Assembly (NCBI GenBank): GCA_965370685.1
Contig: CBDUVN010000003.1
Location: 1 to 56,868, forward strand
DNA: 56,868 nucleotides
Source of the DNA: an uncultured bacterium
GTDB lineage: Bacteria; Gemmatimonadota; Gemmatimonadetes; Palauibacterales; Palauibacteraceae
Direction of reading: 5' to 3'
Shown: one piece after another, positions 18,485 through 27,688 of the stretch
Layout: the number at the start of each line of letters is the position of its first letter
How positions within the stretch are numbered: the first letter of the stretch is position 1
The notes under the pieces: model-generated
The model's input: the letters and a program-made list of their open reading frames with translations, nothing else
What the model was told of the DNA's origin: nothing
The model's database searches: none
Made by a program: the position numbers and the translations under genes

Positions 18485-19375
18485 ATGTCCGCGAAAATCA
18501 TAGATGGTAATGCAATCGCCGCATCCGTTCGTGCGGAGGTGAAGGTCGAGGCGGATGCGCTGCGCGAGCGGGGGATCGAGCCTTGCCTGGCCGTCATGCT
18601 GGTCGGCGACGACCCTGCCTCCAACGTGTACGTCGGTATGAAGGAGAAGAAGTGCGCCGAGGTCGGCATTCGAAACGTCGATGCTCGACTTCCGGCGGAC
18701 ACCTCCCAGGATGAGATCCTGGCGATCCTGGACGAATGGAACGCTGATCCCTCGGTCCACGGGATTCTCGTCCAGCTTCCGCTGCCGGATCAGGTGGACG
18801 AGAAGACGGTGACCGAGCGGATCCTGCCGGAGAAGGACGTGGACGGGTTCCACCCGGTCAACGTGGGCCGCATGTCCGGTGGCGACACGAGCGCCTTTCG
18901 GCCCTGCACGCCGCACGGTGTCCAGGTCATGCTGAAGCACATCGGCTGGGACCCCTCGGGGAAGCACGCCGTAATCGTGGGAAGGTCGAACATCGTCGGC
19001 CGGCCAATGGCGACGATCCTGTCTCAGAAGGAGCCGTGGGCCAACGCCACGGTAACCGTCGCGCACAGCCGCTCGGAGGATCTTCCAGGGATCTGCCGAC
19101 TCGCGGATCTGCTCGTCGTGGCCGTCGGCCGGCCCGAGTCGGTCACGGGAGACATGATCCGGGAAGGGGCCGTCGTCATCGACGTCGGGGTGAACCGGGT
19201 GGACGATCCCACGCGAGAAAAGGGATACCGGCTGGTAGGCGACGTGGCGTTCGACGAGGCGAAGGAGAAGGCCTCGTGGATCACCCCCGTTCCCGGCGGT
19301 GTCGGTCCGATGACGATCGCGATGCTCCTCAGGAACACGGTTATCGCCGCTGGCCGGATGGCCGGTTCAGGCTGA
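18485..19375 (+). CDS. folD: bifunctional methylenetetrahydrofolate dehydrogenase/cyclohydrolase
   Basis: KIIDGNAIAASVR..., LAVMLVGDDPASNVYV, GILVQLPLP, VIVGRSNIVGRPMA, PVPGGVGPMTIAMLL. Confidence 0.95.
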   Translation: MSAKIIDGNAIAASVRAEVKVEADALRERGIEPCLAVMLVGDDPASNVYVGMKEKKCAEVGIRNVDARLPADTSQDEILAILDEWNADPSVHGILVQLPLPDQVDEKTVTERILPEKDVDGFHPVNVGRMSGGDTSAFRPCTPHGVQVMLKHIGWDPSGKHAVIVGRSNIVGRPMATILSQKEPWANATVTVAHSRSEDLPGICRLADLLVVAVGRPESVTGDMIREGAVVIDVGVNRVDDPTREKGYRLVGDVAFDEAKEKASWITPVPGGVGPMTIAMLLRNTVIAAGRMAGSG

Positions 19376-19404
19376 TCGTCCGCGAGATTGCGGGGACGCC
19401 TGAG

Positions 19405-20625
19405 ATGGATTCCGGGCTGACGCCGAATCCCGGCTCCAGCCCGGAGACGGCCGTACCGGTGTCGGAGGTCAACGCGGCCGTCCGGCAGTTCCTTGAACAG
19501 AGCTTCGCTCCACTCTGGATTCGCGGCGAGATCGCGAACTGGAGACCGCACCGCACAGGACACCGCTGGTTCAGCCTGCGTGACGACTCCGCCCAGATCC
19601 AGGCCGTCATGTGGCGCTCCGATGCCGCCCGGCTTCCGACGGAGCCCGAGGAAGGCATGGAGGTGTTCGCGTTCGGCTCACTCACCCTGTACGAGCCCCG
19701 TGGCCAGTACCAGTTCGTCGTCCGCCGGCTCGAGGCGAAGGGCGAGGGGCTGTGGCGCCTCGCGTTCGAGCGTCTGAGGCAGAAACTCGAGGCCGAGGGA
19801 CTGCTCGATCCCGCCAGGAAGCGACCGCTGCCCCGGGTTCCGATGACTGTCGGAATCGTGACCTCCCGATCCGGGGCGGCGCTGCGTGACATGCTTGTGG
19901 TGATCCGTCGTCGAGCCCCGTGGACCCGGGTGCTCGTGTCCGATTGCCGGGTCCAGGGCGAAGGTGCCGCGCTGGAGATCGAGCAGGCGCTCGAGCGGCT
20001 GGTAGCTGAGGGATCATCGGATGTGATCGTGCTCACGAGAGGTGGCGGGTCGATCGAAGACCTGTGGGAGTTCAATGACGAATCGCTGGCTCGAGCGATC
20101 GCGAACTGTCCGATACCGACGGTGTCTGCCGTGGGACACGAGGTTGACGTCACGATCTCCGACCTGGTGGCGGACGTGCGAGCCCCGACGCCTTCGGCGG
20201 CCGCCGAAGGCGTGACCGAGGATGCGGCGGCGCTGAATGTCGAGTTGAGGGCCCGGGCCGGCGCGCTGGTCGAGGGACTCCGCCGCCGGACCCGGACGGA
20301 GACGGAGCGGACTCGACGAGCGGCCGCGGCGCTCCTTGACGCCTGGCGACGCCGCATTGCCGAACGGCGGTCGCGGCTTGCGGTGTCGGCCGGACGACTG
20401 GATGGCTTGAGTCCGATCGGTGCGTTGCGCAGGGGGTTCGGAGTCGCTCTCGATTCAGATGGCCGTGTGCTGCGCTCCGCACGGGAATTCAGGCCTGGAA
20501 CGGGCTTCGTCCTGCGCGTAGCTGATGGCCGTATCTCCGCGACGGTCGATTCGATCGAATTCGAGGGGCACCCGCTGCCCGCCAACCCGAGCGACGCCCG
20601 AGGGGCGGAGGATGAAGCGACGTGA
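19405..20625 (+). CDS. xseA: exodeoxyribonuclease VII large subunit
   Basis: The frame of ORF 19036..20625 was used. The start was moved to ATG 19405, after the folD stop. The OB-fold N-terminus reads VSEVNAAVRQFLEQSFAPLWIRGEIANW. Also present: VGIVTSRSGAALRD and ISAVGHEVD. Confidence 0.9.
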   Translation: MDSGLTPNPGSSPETAVPVSEVNAAVRQFLEQSFAPLWIRGEIANWRPHRTGHRWFSLRDDSAQIQAVMWRSDAARLPTEPEEGMEVFAFGSLTLYEPRGQYQFVVRRLEAKGEGLWRLAFERLRQKLEAEGLLDPARKRPLPRVPMTVGIVTSRSGAALRDMLVVIRRRAPWTRVLVSDCRVQGEGAALEIEQALERLVAEGSSDVIVLTRGGGSIEDLWEFNDESLARAIANCPIPTVSAVGHEVDVTISDLVADVRAPTPSAAAEGVTEDAAALNVELRARAGALVEGLRRRTRTETERTRRAAAALLDAWRRRIAERRSRLAVSAGRLDGLSPIGALRRGFGVALDSDGRVLRSAREFRPGTGFVLRVADGRISATVDSIEFEGHPLPANPSDARGAEDEAT

Positions 20626-20912
20626 CTGACAGCAGATCCGAGCGGACTGACGGAGTTGAAAATCGTTGCGGATTCGAAGAGCTGATGGGGGAGCTGGACA
20701 CGATCGTCCAGGAGCTGGATGGTGGCGATGTCGAGCTCGATGAAGCTCTCGCCCTGTTCGAGACCGGAGTGAGCAGGCTCCGTGATGCCGGTAAGCTGCT
20801 CGATTACGCACAGGGGAAGGTCGAGGAGCTGATCGCGTCTGCGGAGGGGGAGTTGTCGATCATCGGCTTCGACACCGCCACAGGCACGGACGAGGAGACA
20901 GACGACGCGTGA
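20622..20912 (+). CDS. xseB: exodeoxyribonuclease VII small subunit
   Basis: FEELMGELDTIVQELDGGDVELDEALALFETGVSRLR is the typical XseB core. The GTG start overlaps the xseA stop (GTGA). Confidence 0.9.
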   Translation: MTDSRSERTDGVENRCGFEELMGELDTIVQELDGGDVELDEALALFETGVSRLRDAGKLLDYAQGKVEELIASAEGELSIIGFDTATGTDEETDDA

Positions 20913-21817
20913 GCTCTACATCCGTATCCGTCGAGCCGGACTTCCTGGGCTCGTGGAGAGACCGGATCGAGACGGCTCTGCTCGAGTTCCTCGACTCGGA
21001 ACTCGCGGGAGTCCCGGCGGACCAGGTCGAGCCGCTGCGCTACGCCGTGCTCAGCCCGGGGAAGCGCATTCGGCCCCTGCTCCTGATGGCAGCGTATCGA
21101 GCCGCCGGAGGCACCTCGAACCGGATCGTGGATCTCGCCTGCAGCGTCGAGCTCGTGCATGCGTACTCGCTCGTGCACGACGACCTGCCGTGCATGGACG
21201 ACGATGTGCTGCGGCGAGGACGCCCGACCGTGCACGTCCGGTTCGGAGTCGGCCCGGCGGTGATGGTAGGCGCGGTCCTGATGCCGCTCGCGGTACAGGC
21301 CATCCTGCGTTCCGCCGGACCCGTGGGCCTCGATGAGCGGACGACCCGCCACCTGATTGCGAGCCTCACATCGGCCTCGGGTGCCACGGGCATGGTGGGG
21401 GGTCAGTTGCTGGATCTCAGGGCCGAGGGCCAGCCGGTGGGACGCGAGGAACTGGAGAGAATCCACACGGGAAAGACGGCTCGACTGATCAGCGCATCGG
21501 TTGCGATGGGCGGAATCGCGGCCGGAGCCGATGAGACGAAGGTGGAGCGACTCGAGCGTTTCGGGCTTCGCCTCGGGCTGGCATTTCAAGCGATCGACGA
21601 TATTCTGGACCTGCGGGGAGACACGGAGCAGCTGGGCAAGGAGAGCGGGCGGGACACGGCCCTCCGCAAGGCGACGTACCCGGGCCTGTTTGGTCTGGAG
21701 GAAGCGGAGAGCATCAGTCGCGAGCTCGCATCCGCCGCCGCTGCCGAGCTGGCGGAGCTCGAGGAGTCGGCCGAACTGCGGGAGCTGGCCGGGTATATCA
21801 TCAACAGGAGTCACTGA
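20909..21817 (+). CDS. ispA: polyprenyl diphosphate synthase (farnesyl/geranylgeranyl diphosphate synthase)
   Basis: The first and second aspartate-rich motifs are LVHDDLPCMDDDVLRRG and FQAIDDILD. Confidence 0.85.
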   Translation: MSSTSVSVEPDFLGSWRDRIETALLEFLDSELAGVPADQVEPLRYAVLSPGKRIRPLLLMAAYRAAGGTSNRIVDLACSVELVHAYSLVHDDLPCMDDDVLRRGRPTVHVRFGVGPAVMVGAVLMPLAVQAILRSAGPVGLDERTTRHLIASLTSASGATGMVGGQLLDLRAEGQPVGREELERIHTGKTARLISASVAMGGIAAGADETKVERLERFGLRLGLAFQAIDDILDLRGDTEQLGKESGRDTALRKATYPGLFGLEEAESISRELASAAAAELAELEESAELRELAGYIINRSH

Positions 21818-21818
21818 C

Positions 21819-22757
21819 GTGCGAGTCGGGGTATACGGGCACACGGGGCACGAAACGCTTCCGGACGCTCTCAGAAAGCTCGGCGAATGTGCAGAGGAGC
21901 TCGGACTCGAACTCAGTCTGCCTGATGAAATCGCGTCCGTGGTCGACGACAGTGGCGCGTCCGTGCTCGAGGGAGAGCCACTGGGGGACGATCTGGAGGG
22001 ACTGGACGTCCTCCTCACTCTGGGCGGCGATGGGACGCTTCTTCGTGGCGCGAGGATAGCGGGTCCGCAGAATGTGCCGGTCCTCGGGTGCAACCTCGGA
22101 CGTCTCGGATTCCTCACCGCGGCTCCGGCCGACCGGCTGGGTGAAGTTCTCCGGCGGTTCCAGGCCGGTGATTACGTGGAAGAGCGGAGGCTGGCGCTCG
22201 ACGTACAGGTTCTGCGGTCGAATTCCGCCGTGCAGAGCGAGAACGGAGAGGAAGCCGTTGCCGGACGTGCGACTGATCGGCACGAGATGTGGAGCGGCTA
22301 CGCCCTGAACGACGCGGTTGTTCACAAGGGCGGTTTCGCACGTCTGATCCGCATGCGCGTATGGGTGGACGACGAGGAGATCGGGCAATACAGCGCCGAC
22401 GGGATCGTGATCGCGACGGCGACCGGTTCCACGGCCTACAGCCTGTCGGCCGGGGGACCGATCCTCGTTCCCCAGATGGACGCGATCGTCGCCAGTCCGA
22501 TCTGTCCGCACACGCTTGCGGTGCGCCCCGTGGTGATCCCCGCCGAGTCCGTCATCACGATCGAGCTCACGAGCGATGTGGGCGGGATCCTCGTTACCGT
22601 GGACGGGCAGCCCGGCGGAACCGTCGGGCCGGGAGACCGGGTCCGAGTGGCTCGTTCTCCGCATTCCGTGCGCCTCATTCGGCTCCCGGAGCACAATTTC
22701 TTCCAGGTCCTGCGTCAGAAACTTCGCTGGGGAGACGTCCGCCCGAGTGAACGCTGA
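21819..22757 (+). CDS. nadK: NAD(+) kinase
   Basis: The frame of ORF 21501..22757 was used. The start was moved to GTG 21819, after the ispA stop. Motifs: LTLGGDGTLL, NLGRLGFL, ATATGSTAYSLSAGGPI. Confidence 0.9.
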   Translation: MRVGVYGHTGHETLPDALRKLGECAEELGLELSLPDEIASVVDDSGASVLEGEPLGDDLEGLDVLLTLGGDGTLLRGARIAGPQNVPVLGCNLGRLGFLTAAPADRLGEVLRRFQAGDYVEERRLALDVQVLRSNSAVQSENGEEAVAGRATDRHEMWSGYALNDAVVHKGGFARLIRMRVWVDDEEIGQYSADGIVIATATGSTAYSLSAGGPILVPQMDAIVASPICPHTLAVRPVVIPAESVITIELTSDVGGILVTVDGQPGGTVGPGDRVRVARSPHSVRLIRLPEHNFFQVLRQKLRWGDVRPSER

Positions 22758-22793
22758 TGTCGCACTCGTGACGCATCGGAGTCAGGGTCGGGA

Positions 22794-24479
22794 ATGCTGA
22801 CGGAACTCCGAATCCGCAACTATGCAGTGATCGACGACATCAACGTCGAACTCGGCCCCGGGCTGACTGTCCTCACCGGTGAGACTGGTGCGGGCAAGTC
22901 GATCATCGTGGGTGCGCTGTCCCTCCTGCTCGGCGAACGAGCAGCGTCAGACGTGATCAGGGCGGGAGAGGACCGGGCGCTCGTCGAAGGCGTATTCGAT
23001 CTCCCGGACGATCCGGTGCTCCGGGAGCGCTGCGAAGAGCTGGGGATCGACCTGTCTGACGACTGTCTAATCCTCCGGCGCGAGCTGCAGCGGGAAGGCC
23101 GTAACCGCGCGTGGGTGAACGGGTCTCCGGCTACGGCGGGTCTGATCGGTGAGCTTGGTGGTGCGCTGGTCGATCTGCATGGGCAGCACGAGCATCAGGC
23201 ACTTCTGCGCCCCGCTCCGCAACGACGAATCGTGGATAGATTCGCCGGAGCCGAACGTCTCACGGCGGGTGTGAGGTCTGCATGGGAAGCACTTCGGGCC
23301 TCCCGGGTCGAGCTGGAGGAAGTCCGTCGCCGGGTAGCCGAAGCGCGGGAGAACGCGGTCCTCCTGAGGAGGAAGGCAAAAGAGATCGAGACAGCGGAAC
23401 TCAAGCCGGGCGAGGAAGACTCACTGTCGGCGGAGATCCGACGGCTCGAGCACTCCGAGGAGCTGCTGGCCCTTTCCGGCGAGTTGCACGAGGAGATCTA
23501 CGGCGGCGAAGGTGCCGTGGTGGACCGTCTCGGTGGTCTGCGGCGAGCGCTGGACTCCCTGCTGCGAATCGACCCCGAGGCGAGTGAGATCGAAGAGCTG
23601 TATGAGACGGGTCGGGCGACGCTGGATGAGCTCGGACGGCGGCTTCGCGATTATCGGTTCCGGGTCGAGCACGATCCCGGCCGGATGGCCTCGCTGCGCC
23701 AGCGACAGGACCTGCTGTATCGACTGCGTCGGAAGTACGGTGGTACACTGGCGGATGTGGAGGTTGAGGGACGCCGGGCAAGGGCCGAGCTCGATTCGAT
23801 CGAGACCTCGGCAGATGAGATCGAGCGGCTGGAAGTCGAGGAGCGACACCGCAGAGAGGCCCTGTCTGGACTCGCGAACGGGCTGGGGGCGGCCCGCCGA
23901 CAGGCCGCGGAGCGGCTCGAGCGGGAGGTGACGGAGCAGTTGCCGGACCTCGGAATGCCGGGTGGCCGGTTTCGCGTCGAGCTGACCTCACTGGACGAGC
24001 CGGGCCCGGACGGAGCAGAGACAATCCGGTTCCTGGTCAGCCTGAACCCTGGATTCGAGCCGGGCCCCCTGTCGCGCGTGGCTTCCGGCGGCGAGCTGAG
24101 CCGGGTGATGCTTGCCCTCAAGAGCGTGCTGGCTTCGGTGGACGGGGTCCCGAGCCTCGTGTTCGACGAGATCGATGCCGGGATCGGAGGGCGCATCGCT
24201 CATCACGTGGCCGGGCGCCTGGGAGAGGTCGCCGGCTCACACCAGGTGTTCGCGATCACGCACCTGGCCCAGATCGCAGCTCGGGCGGACGCGCACCTCC
24301 GCGTCGAGAAGGTGGAACAGGCCGGCCGGGCCGCGACCCGCCTGGTCCACCTTGAGGACGAAGCCCGCGTCGAGGAACTCGCTCGGATGCTGGGGGGGGA
24401 CCCGGAGAGCGACGTGTCGCTGAGACACGCGCGGGAACTGCTCCTTCGGTCCGTTGGAGACGAACCTCAGAACAGTTGA
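22794..24479 (+). CDS. recN: DNA repair protein RecN
   Basis: MLTELRIRNYAVIDD..., Walker A GETGAGKS, a long coiled coil, signature ASGGELSRVMLAL, and Walker B LVFDEIDAG. Confidence 0.95.
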   Translation: MLTELRIRNYAVIDDINVELGPGLTVLTGETGAGKSIIVGALSLLLGERAASDVIRAGEDRALVEGVFDLPDDPVLRERCEELGIDLSDDCLILRRELQREGRNRAWVNGSPATAGLIGELGGALVDLHGQHEHQALLRPAPQRRIVDRFAGAERLTAGVRSAWEALRASRVELEEVRRRVAEARENAVLLRRKAKEIETAELKPGEEDSLSAEIRRLEHSEELLALSGELHEEIYGGEGAVVDRLGGLRRALDSLLRIDPEASEIEELYETGRATLDELGRRLRDYRFRVEHDPGRMASLRQRQDLLYRLRRKYGGTLADVEVEGRRARAELDSIETSADEIERLEVEERHRREALSGLANGLGAARRQAAERLEREVTEQLPDLGMPGGRFRVELTSLDEPGPDGAETIRFLVSLNPGFEPGPLSRVASGGELSRVMLALKSVLASVDGVPSLVFDEIDAGIGGRIAHHVAGRLGEVAGSHQVFAITHLAQIAARADAHLRVEKVEQAGRAATRLVHLEDEARVEELARMLGGDPESDVSLRHARELLLRSVGDEPQNS

Positions 24480-26101
24480 ATCGGAATCCGCACGTTGAAC
24501 GTCATGATGTCGGATGCGGGGGTCTGTCCCCCTCCACCCGCAATCGATCCCTGCCACACGAGCGACATCTCCAGCGGGAAGTTGGCGATCCCTGCCACGT
24601 ACCGGGGCGTCGTCCGGTAGTAGGCTCCGACCCCCAACCGGTGACGGCTCTGACTCGACTCACTCGCCAGGGGTGAGGGGTCGGGAAGTCCCTCGCCCGT
24701 GTACTCGTCGGATCCCTTGCTGCGCCATTTGTACTCGATTCCGAGGGAAATCGTCTCGTTCATTCGGAACCGGGGAGACAACCGGAGCTCGAACACGTCC
24801 CCCAGGTTCCGGTTCACGGTCCGTTCCTGGGAAGTGTACGCGAACGGATGATCTGGATCGCGAACCCGCATCACGAGCTCGTCCTCGAGCTGCAGGGTGT
24901 ATTGCGCGCTGCCCACGATCCACAGCCAGCTCCCCACCTGTGCGTCCTGCCACAGGCCGAACTCCAGGTCGGTCGATCCGTCGCCGATCGGCTGTTGCAT
25001 GGCGCTCGAGGGAACGAGGTAGGGATCGGCATCGGCGGCCGACAGAGGGATCCTCACCCGCGCTCCCACCGTCGTTCGAAAGCGCACTCCCGAGCCTCGC
25101 AGGTCCGGCTCCCGGGTGGCCCGGAAGCGGTCTTCATCTACCTGCGTGATCGGCTCGAACGTGTCGAGCAGAAGAACGCGCAGCCCGATTTCCACCTCTC
25201 CTGGAGCCCAGCCGCGAGTCGTGTCGATCAGCGAGTCCACGCCGATCGGTGCGCCCCCGAGGATCCGCTGCAGATCCGAGCTCTGTGCGGAATCCGGGAG
25301 CGTCAACGTCGGCAGGCTGAGTCCGAACGCAGTGTACCCGGCGGACATTGCGTCGTAGCTGCCAGTCAGTTGAGCACCGGCAGCTGACGGGGCCGTCGGA
25401 AGCAGGTGTTCGCCGTTCACACGCGACTCCATCGCGAGCCCGAACTCCTGTGATTCCTGAAACAACTGCCGCGCGACGGCATCTTGCTCAGGCGTCAGCG
25501 TTCCTCCGTCGATAAGGGCGAGGAGGTCGGAGAGAGCCAGGGAGTAGGGGCCGAAGAACGCCTCCGGAACCGGAAACGCGGTGGAGGACGGGATGAAGTT
25601 GGCGGTGGTGGAATCGTAGGTGTAGGACGTCTGCGCCATTCCGCGCACGAGAGGGACCATCACATCCACGGCGACGCGGTTGAACAGGCCGAACGACAGC
25701 CCGAGCGGAATCCGGCGCATGTCCTTCGTGATCGTGCCGTAATCGAGATCACCCAGCGACACGTCCGAGGCGGAGAGGGAATCGTACCCGAGAGCTGCAG
25801 CATCTCGGTTCAGGTCCGCGAGAAGCGGATCCATGCCGGGGAACAACCGTTCAACGATCGGTCCCTCGTATTCCGAGTGAAGCGGTTCGCGGGAGCCGTC
25901 GCTCAAGGTCGCGCTTCCGAGCGCGAACTGGTCAGTCCAGATTTCCCAACTGGGAGAGATCTCGATCCACAACGCTCCGTGGTCCGGAATCCGCGCATCC
26001 CGATCATTCGCCTGGGCCCGCCCGCTCCCAGGGGAGGCGGCCAGAAGTCCGGCGGTCACGACGAGAACGAGGCCGGACCGGCGTTCGGGGATGGATCGCA
26101 T
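24467..26101 (-). CDS. large outer-membrane beta-barrel-like protein of unknown family
   Basis: This is the C-terminal 544 codons of the 1019-aa track ORF. The start is taken at MRSIPERRSGLVLVVTAGLLAASPGSGRAQA (signal peptide). The protein ends ...NVRIPIQLF with a terminal Phe, as in OMP beta-signals. Confidence 0.65.
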   Translation of the reverse strand: MRSIPERRSGLVLVVTAGLLAASPGSGRAQANDRDARIPDHGALWIEISPSWEIWTDQFALGSATLSDGSREPLHSEYEGPIVERLFPGMDPLLADLNRDAAALGYDSLSASDVSLGDLDYGTITKDMRRIPLGLSFGLFNRVAVDVMVPLVRGMAQTSYTYDSTTANFIPSSTAFPVPEAFFGPYSLALSDLLALIDGGTLTPEQDAVARQLFQESQEFGLAMESRVNGEHLLPTAPSAAGAQLTGSYDAMSAGYTAFGLSLPTLTLPDSAQSSDLQRILGGAPIGVDSLIDTTRGWAPGEVEIGLRVLLLDTFEPITQVDEDRFRATREPDLRGSGVRFRTTVGARVRIPLSAADADPYLVPSSAMQQPIGDGSTDLEFGLWQDAQVGSWLWIVGSAQYTLQLEDELVMRVRDPDHPFAYTSQERTVNRNLGDVFELRLSPRFRMNETISLGIEYKWRSKGSDEYTGEGLPDPSPLASESSQSRHRLGVGAYYRTTPRYVAGIANFPLEMSLVWQGSIAGGGGQTPASDIMTFNVRIPIQLF

Positions 26102-26256
26102 CGAATCTCCGGGCGCGTGTAAATGCGGCGTCGGACCCGAATATGCTCCCGGCTCCGAAGCGGGCACAAGTCGGCCGCGGAGCTGTCCGCTGGCCCCTTT
26201 CGTGTCTCCACCGCTCTCGATACCATACTGCCGCGTCCGATCCGGTCGGGCGTGAC

Positions 26257-26327
26257 GGCGCCGTGGCCGAGCGGCTAGGCAGGGGCCTGCAAAGCCCCCT
26301 ACTCCGGTTCGAATCCGGACGGCGCCT
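26257..26327 (+). tRNA. tRNA-Cys (anticodon GCA)
   Basis: Manual cloverleaf. The acceptor GGCGCCG pairs with CGGCGCC. The anticodon arm is GGGGC-CTGCAAA-GCCCC. The T arm is TCCGG-TTCGAAT-CCGGA. No CCA is encoded. Confidence 0.85.
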
Positions 26328-26401
26328 CTGGACCGGCCTTGCGGCCATCCCGCATCCGGGAGGCGGGGGCCACTCATCACTCCAGGCCTGGATTCCGACG
26401 C

Positions 26402-27511
26402 GTGAAGCGATTCATCACCCTCGACAACGTGCTGGCCGCGCTGCTGGTGTTCATCCCGGTGGCGATCGTGATGCGCTACGGCATGGGGATGGATGGCACC
26501 CCGGTCTTTCTCACTGCCGCGATCTCGATCATCCCGCTCGCGGGATACATGGGGCGCGCCACCGAGAGACTGGCGGAGCACGTCGGCGCGGGCGTGGGCG
26601 GACTGCTCAACGCGACGTTCGGCAACGCCGCCGAGTTGATCATCGCCGTCCTCGCCCTGCGGGCCGGCCTGCACGATGTAGTGAAGGCGTCGCTCACGGG
26701 CTCGATCATCGGCAACATCCTGCTCGTATTCGGGCTCAGCGCTCTCGTCGGTGGTCTCAAGCATCCCCCGCTCCAGCGATTCAATCGGACCGCTGCCAGC
26801 CTCGGCGCCACGATGCTCGTGCTGAGCGCGATCGGGCTGGTGATTCCCGCGATCTTCCATACGCTCGCCGGGGACGGGCACCTGATCGTCGAGCGGAATC
26901 TCAGCCTCGATATCTCGATCGTGCTGATGATCACCTACGTCCTCAGCCTGGTATTCAGCCTGCGGACGCATTCTGATCTCTACCTGGGTGCAGCACACGC
27001 GGATGATGAGGTGGAATCGCCCGGGCCCGGGAAGAAGGGGGGCAGGGAAGATGCCCTGCGGGCCCTGGGACTGCTCGTTCTCTCCGCCGCCGCCGTGGGG
27101 TTCATGTCCGAGATGCTGGTCGGCAGCCTGGAGCAGGCAGCCCACGAGCTCGGAATGACCGAGGTGTTCGTCGGTGTCATTCTGGTGGCCCTGGTCGGCA
27201 ACGCGGCCGAGCACTCGACGGCGGTGCTCATGGCGCTGAAGAACAAGATGGACCTGTCCGTGAACATCGCCCTCGGATCGTCGATTCAGATCGCGCTGTT
27301 CGTGGCACCGCTCATGGTGTTCGCGAGCTATTTCATCGGGCCGGAGCCGATGGATCTGCGATTCACCGGCCTCGAAGTCGTTGCCGTCGTGATGTCGGTC
27401 GGGATCATGGCGCTGGTGTCGCAGGACGGAGAGTCTCACTGGATGGAGGGCGTGCAACTGCTCGCCGTGTACGTCATGCTTGGTATCGCCTTCTACTTCC
27501 TTCCGGTGTAG
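26402..27511 (+). CDS. calcium/proton exchanger (CaCA family, ChaA/Cax type)
   Basis: Alpha-repeat motifs GNAAELII and GNAAEH are present, with about 11 hydrophobic segments. The start is taken at GTG 26402 ([10 protein letters not shown]...). The track start 26339 overlaps the tRNA 3' flank. Confidence 0.9.
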   Translation: MKRFITLDNVLAALLVFIPVAIVMRYGMGMDGTPVFLTAAISIIPLAGYMGRATERLAEHVGAGVGGLLNATFGNAAELIIAVLALRAGLHDVVKASLTGSIIGNILLVFGLSALVGGLKHPPLQRFNRTAASLGATMLVLSAIGLVIPAIFHTLAGDGHLIVERNLSLDISIVLMITYVLSLVFSLRTHSDLYLGAAHADDEVESPGPGKKGGREDALRALGLLVLSAAAVGFMSEMLVGSLEQAAHELGMTEVFVGVILVALVGNAAEHSTAVLMALKNKMDLSVNIALGSSIQIALFVAPLMVFASYFIGPEPMDLRFTGLEVVAVVMSVGIMALVSQDGESHWMEGVQLLAVYVMLGIAFYFLPV

Positions 27512-27688
27512 GCACGGGGCAACCACTCGCCCGCCGGTCGCGTCTAACGGTCTGGCCGGGTGTGTCGGGGCGTTTCCACCTCCCCGATCCGCTCAGCGGG
27601 ACGACGGATCCAGGTGTTGTCGTGAGGGAAGGATGATAGACATCGTACATCCTCCCGTAACTCCTTACCCGATCGGTGCAGGCCACCC

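Noticed and set aside
17212-18702. 496-aa minus-strand ORF opposite rny/folD
   Set aside because: It is an antisense shadow that crosses the rny-folD intergenic region. It has no motifs and a biased composition.
19036-19404. N-terminal extension of xseA (track start 19036) overlapping folD by 340 nt
   Set aside because: The extension is Arg/Gly-rich out-of-frame folD sequence. The conserved XseA OB-fold begins just after ATG 19405. The same logic was applied to nadK (21501 moved to 21819).
20804-22694. 437-aa and 297-aa minus-strand ORFs opposite ispA/nadK
   Set aside because: They are antisense shadows of genes with clear catalytic motifs.
16861-24479. The rny-folD-xseAB-ispA-nadK-recN block as a horizontally acquired Firmicutes-like segment
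   Set aside because: The gene order resembles Bacillus (xseA-xseB-ispA...recN). However, composition and codon bias match the rest of the window, and all are core genes. Conserved ancestral synteny is the simpler explanation.
24467-27526. 1019-aa minus-strand ORF presented as one gene
   Set aside because: Only the C-terminal 544 codons (24467..26101) begin with a signal peptide and look genic. The N-terminal part is His/Arg/Asp-rich nonsense. It runs antisense across tRNA-Cys and the well-supported Ca2+/H+ exchanger gene.
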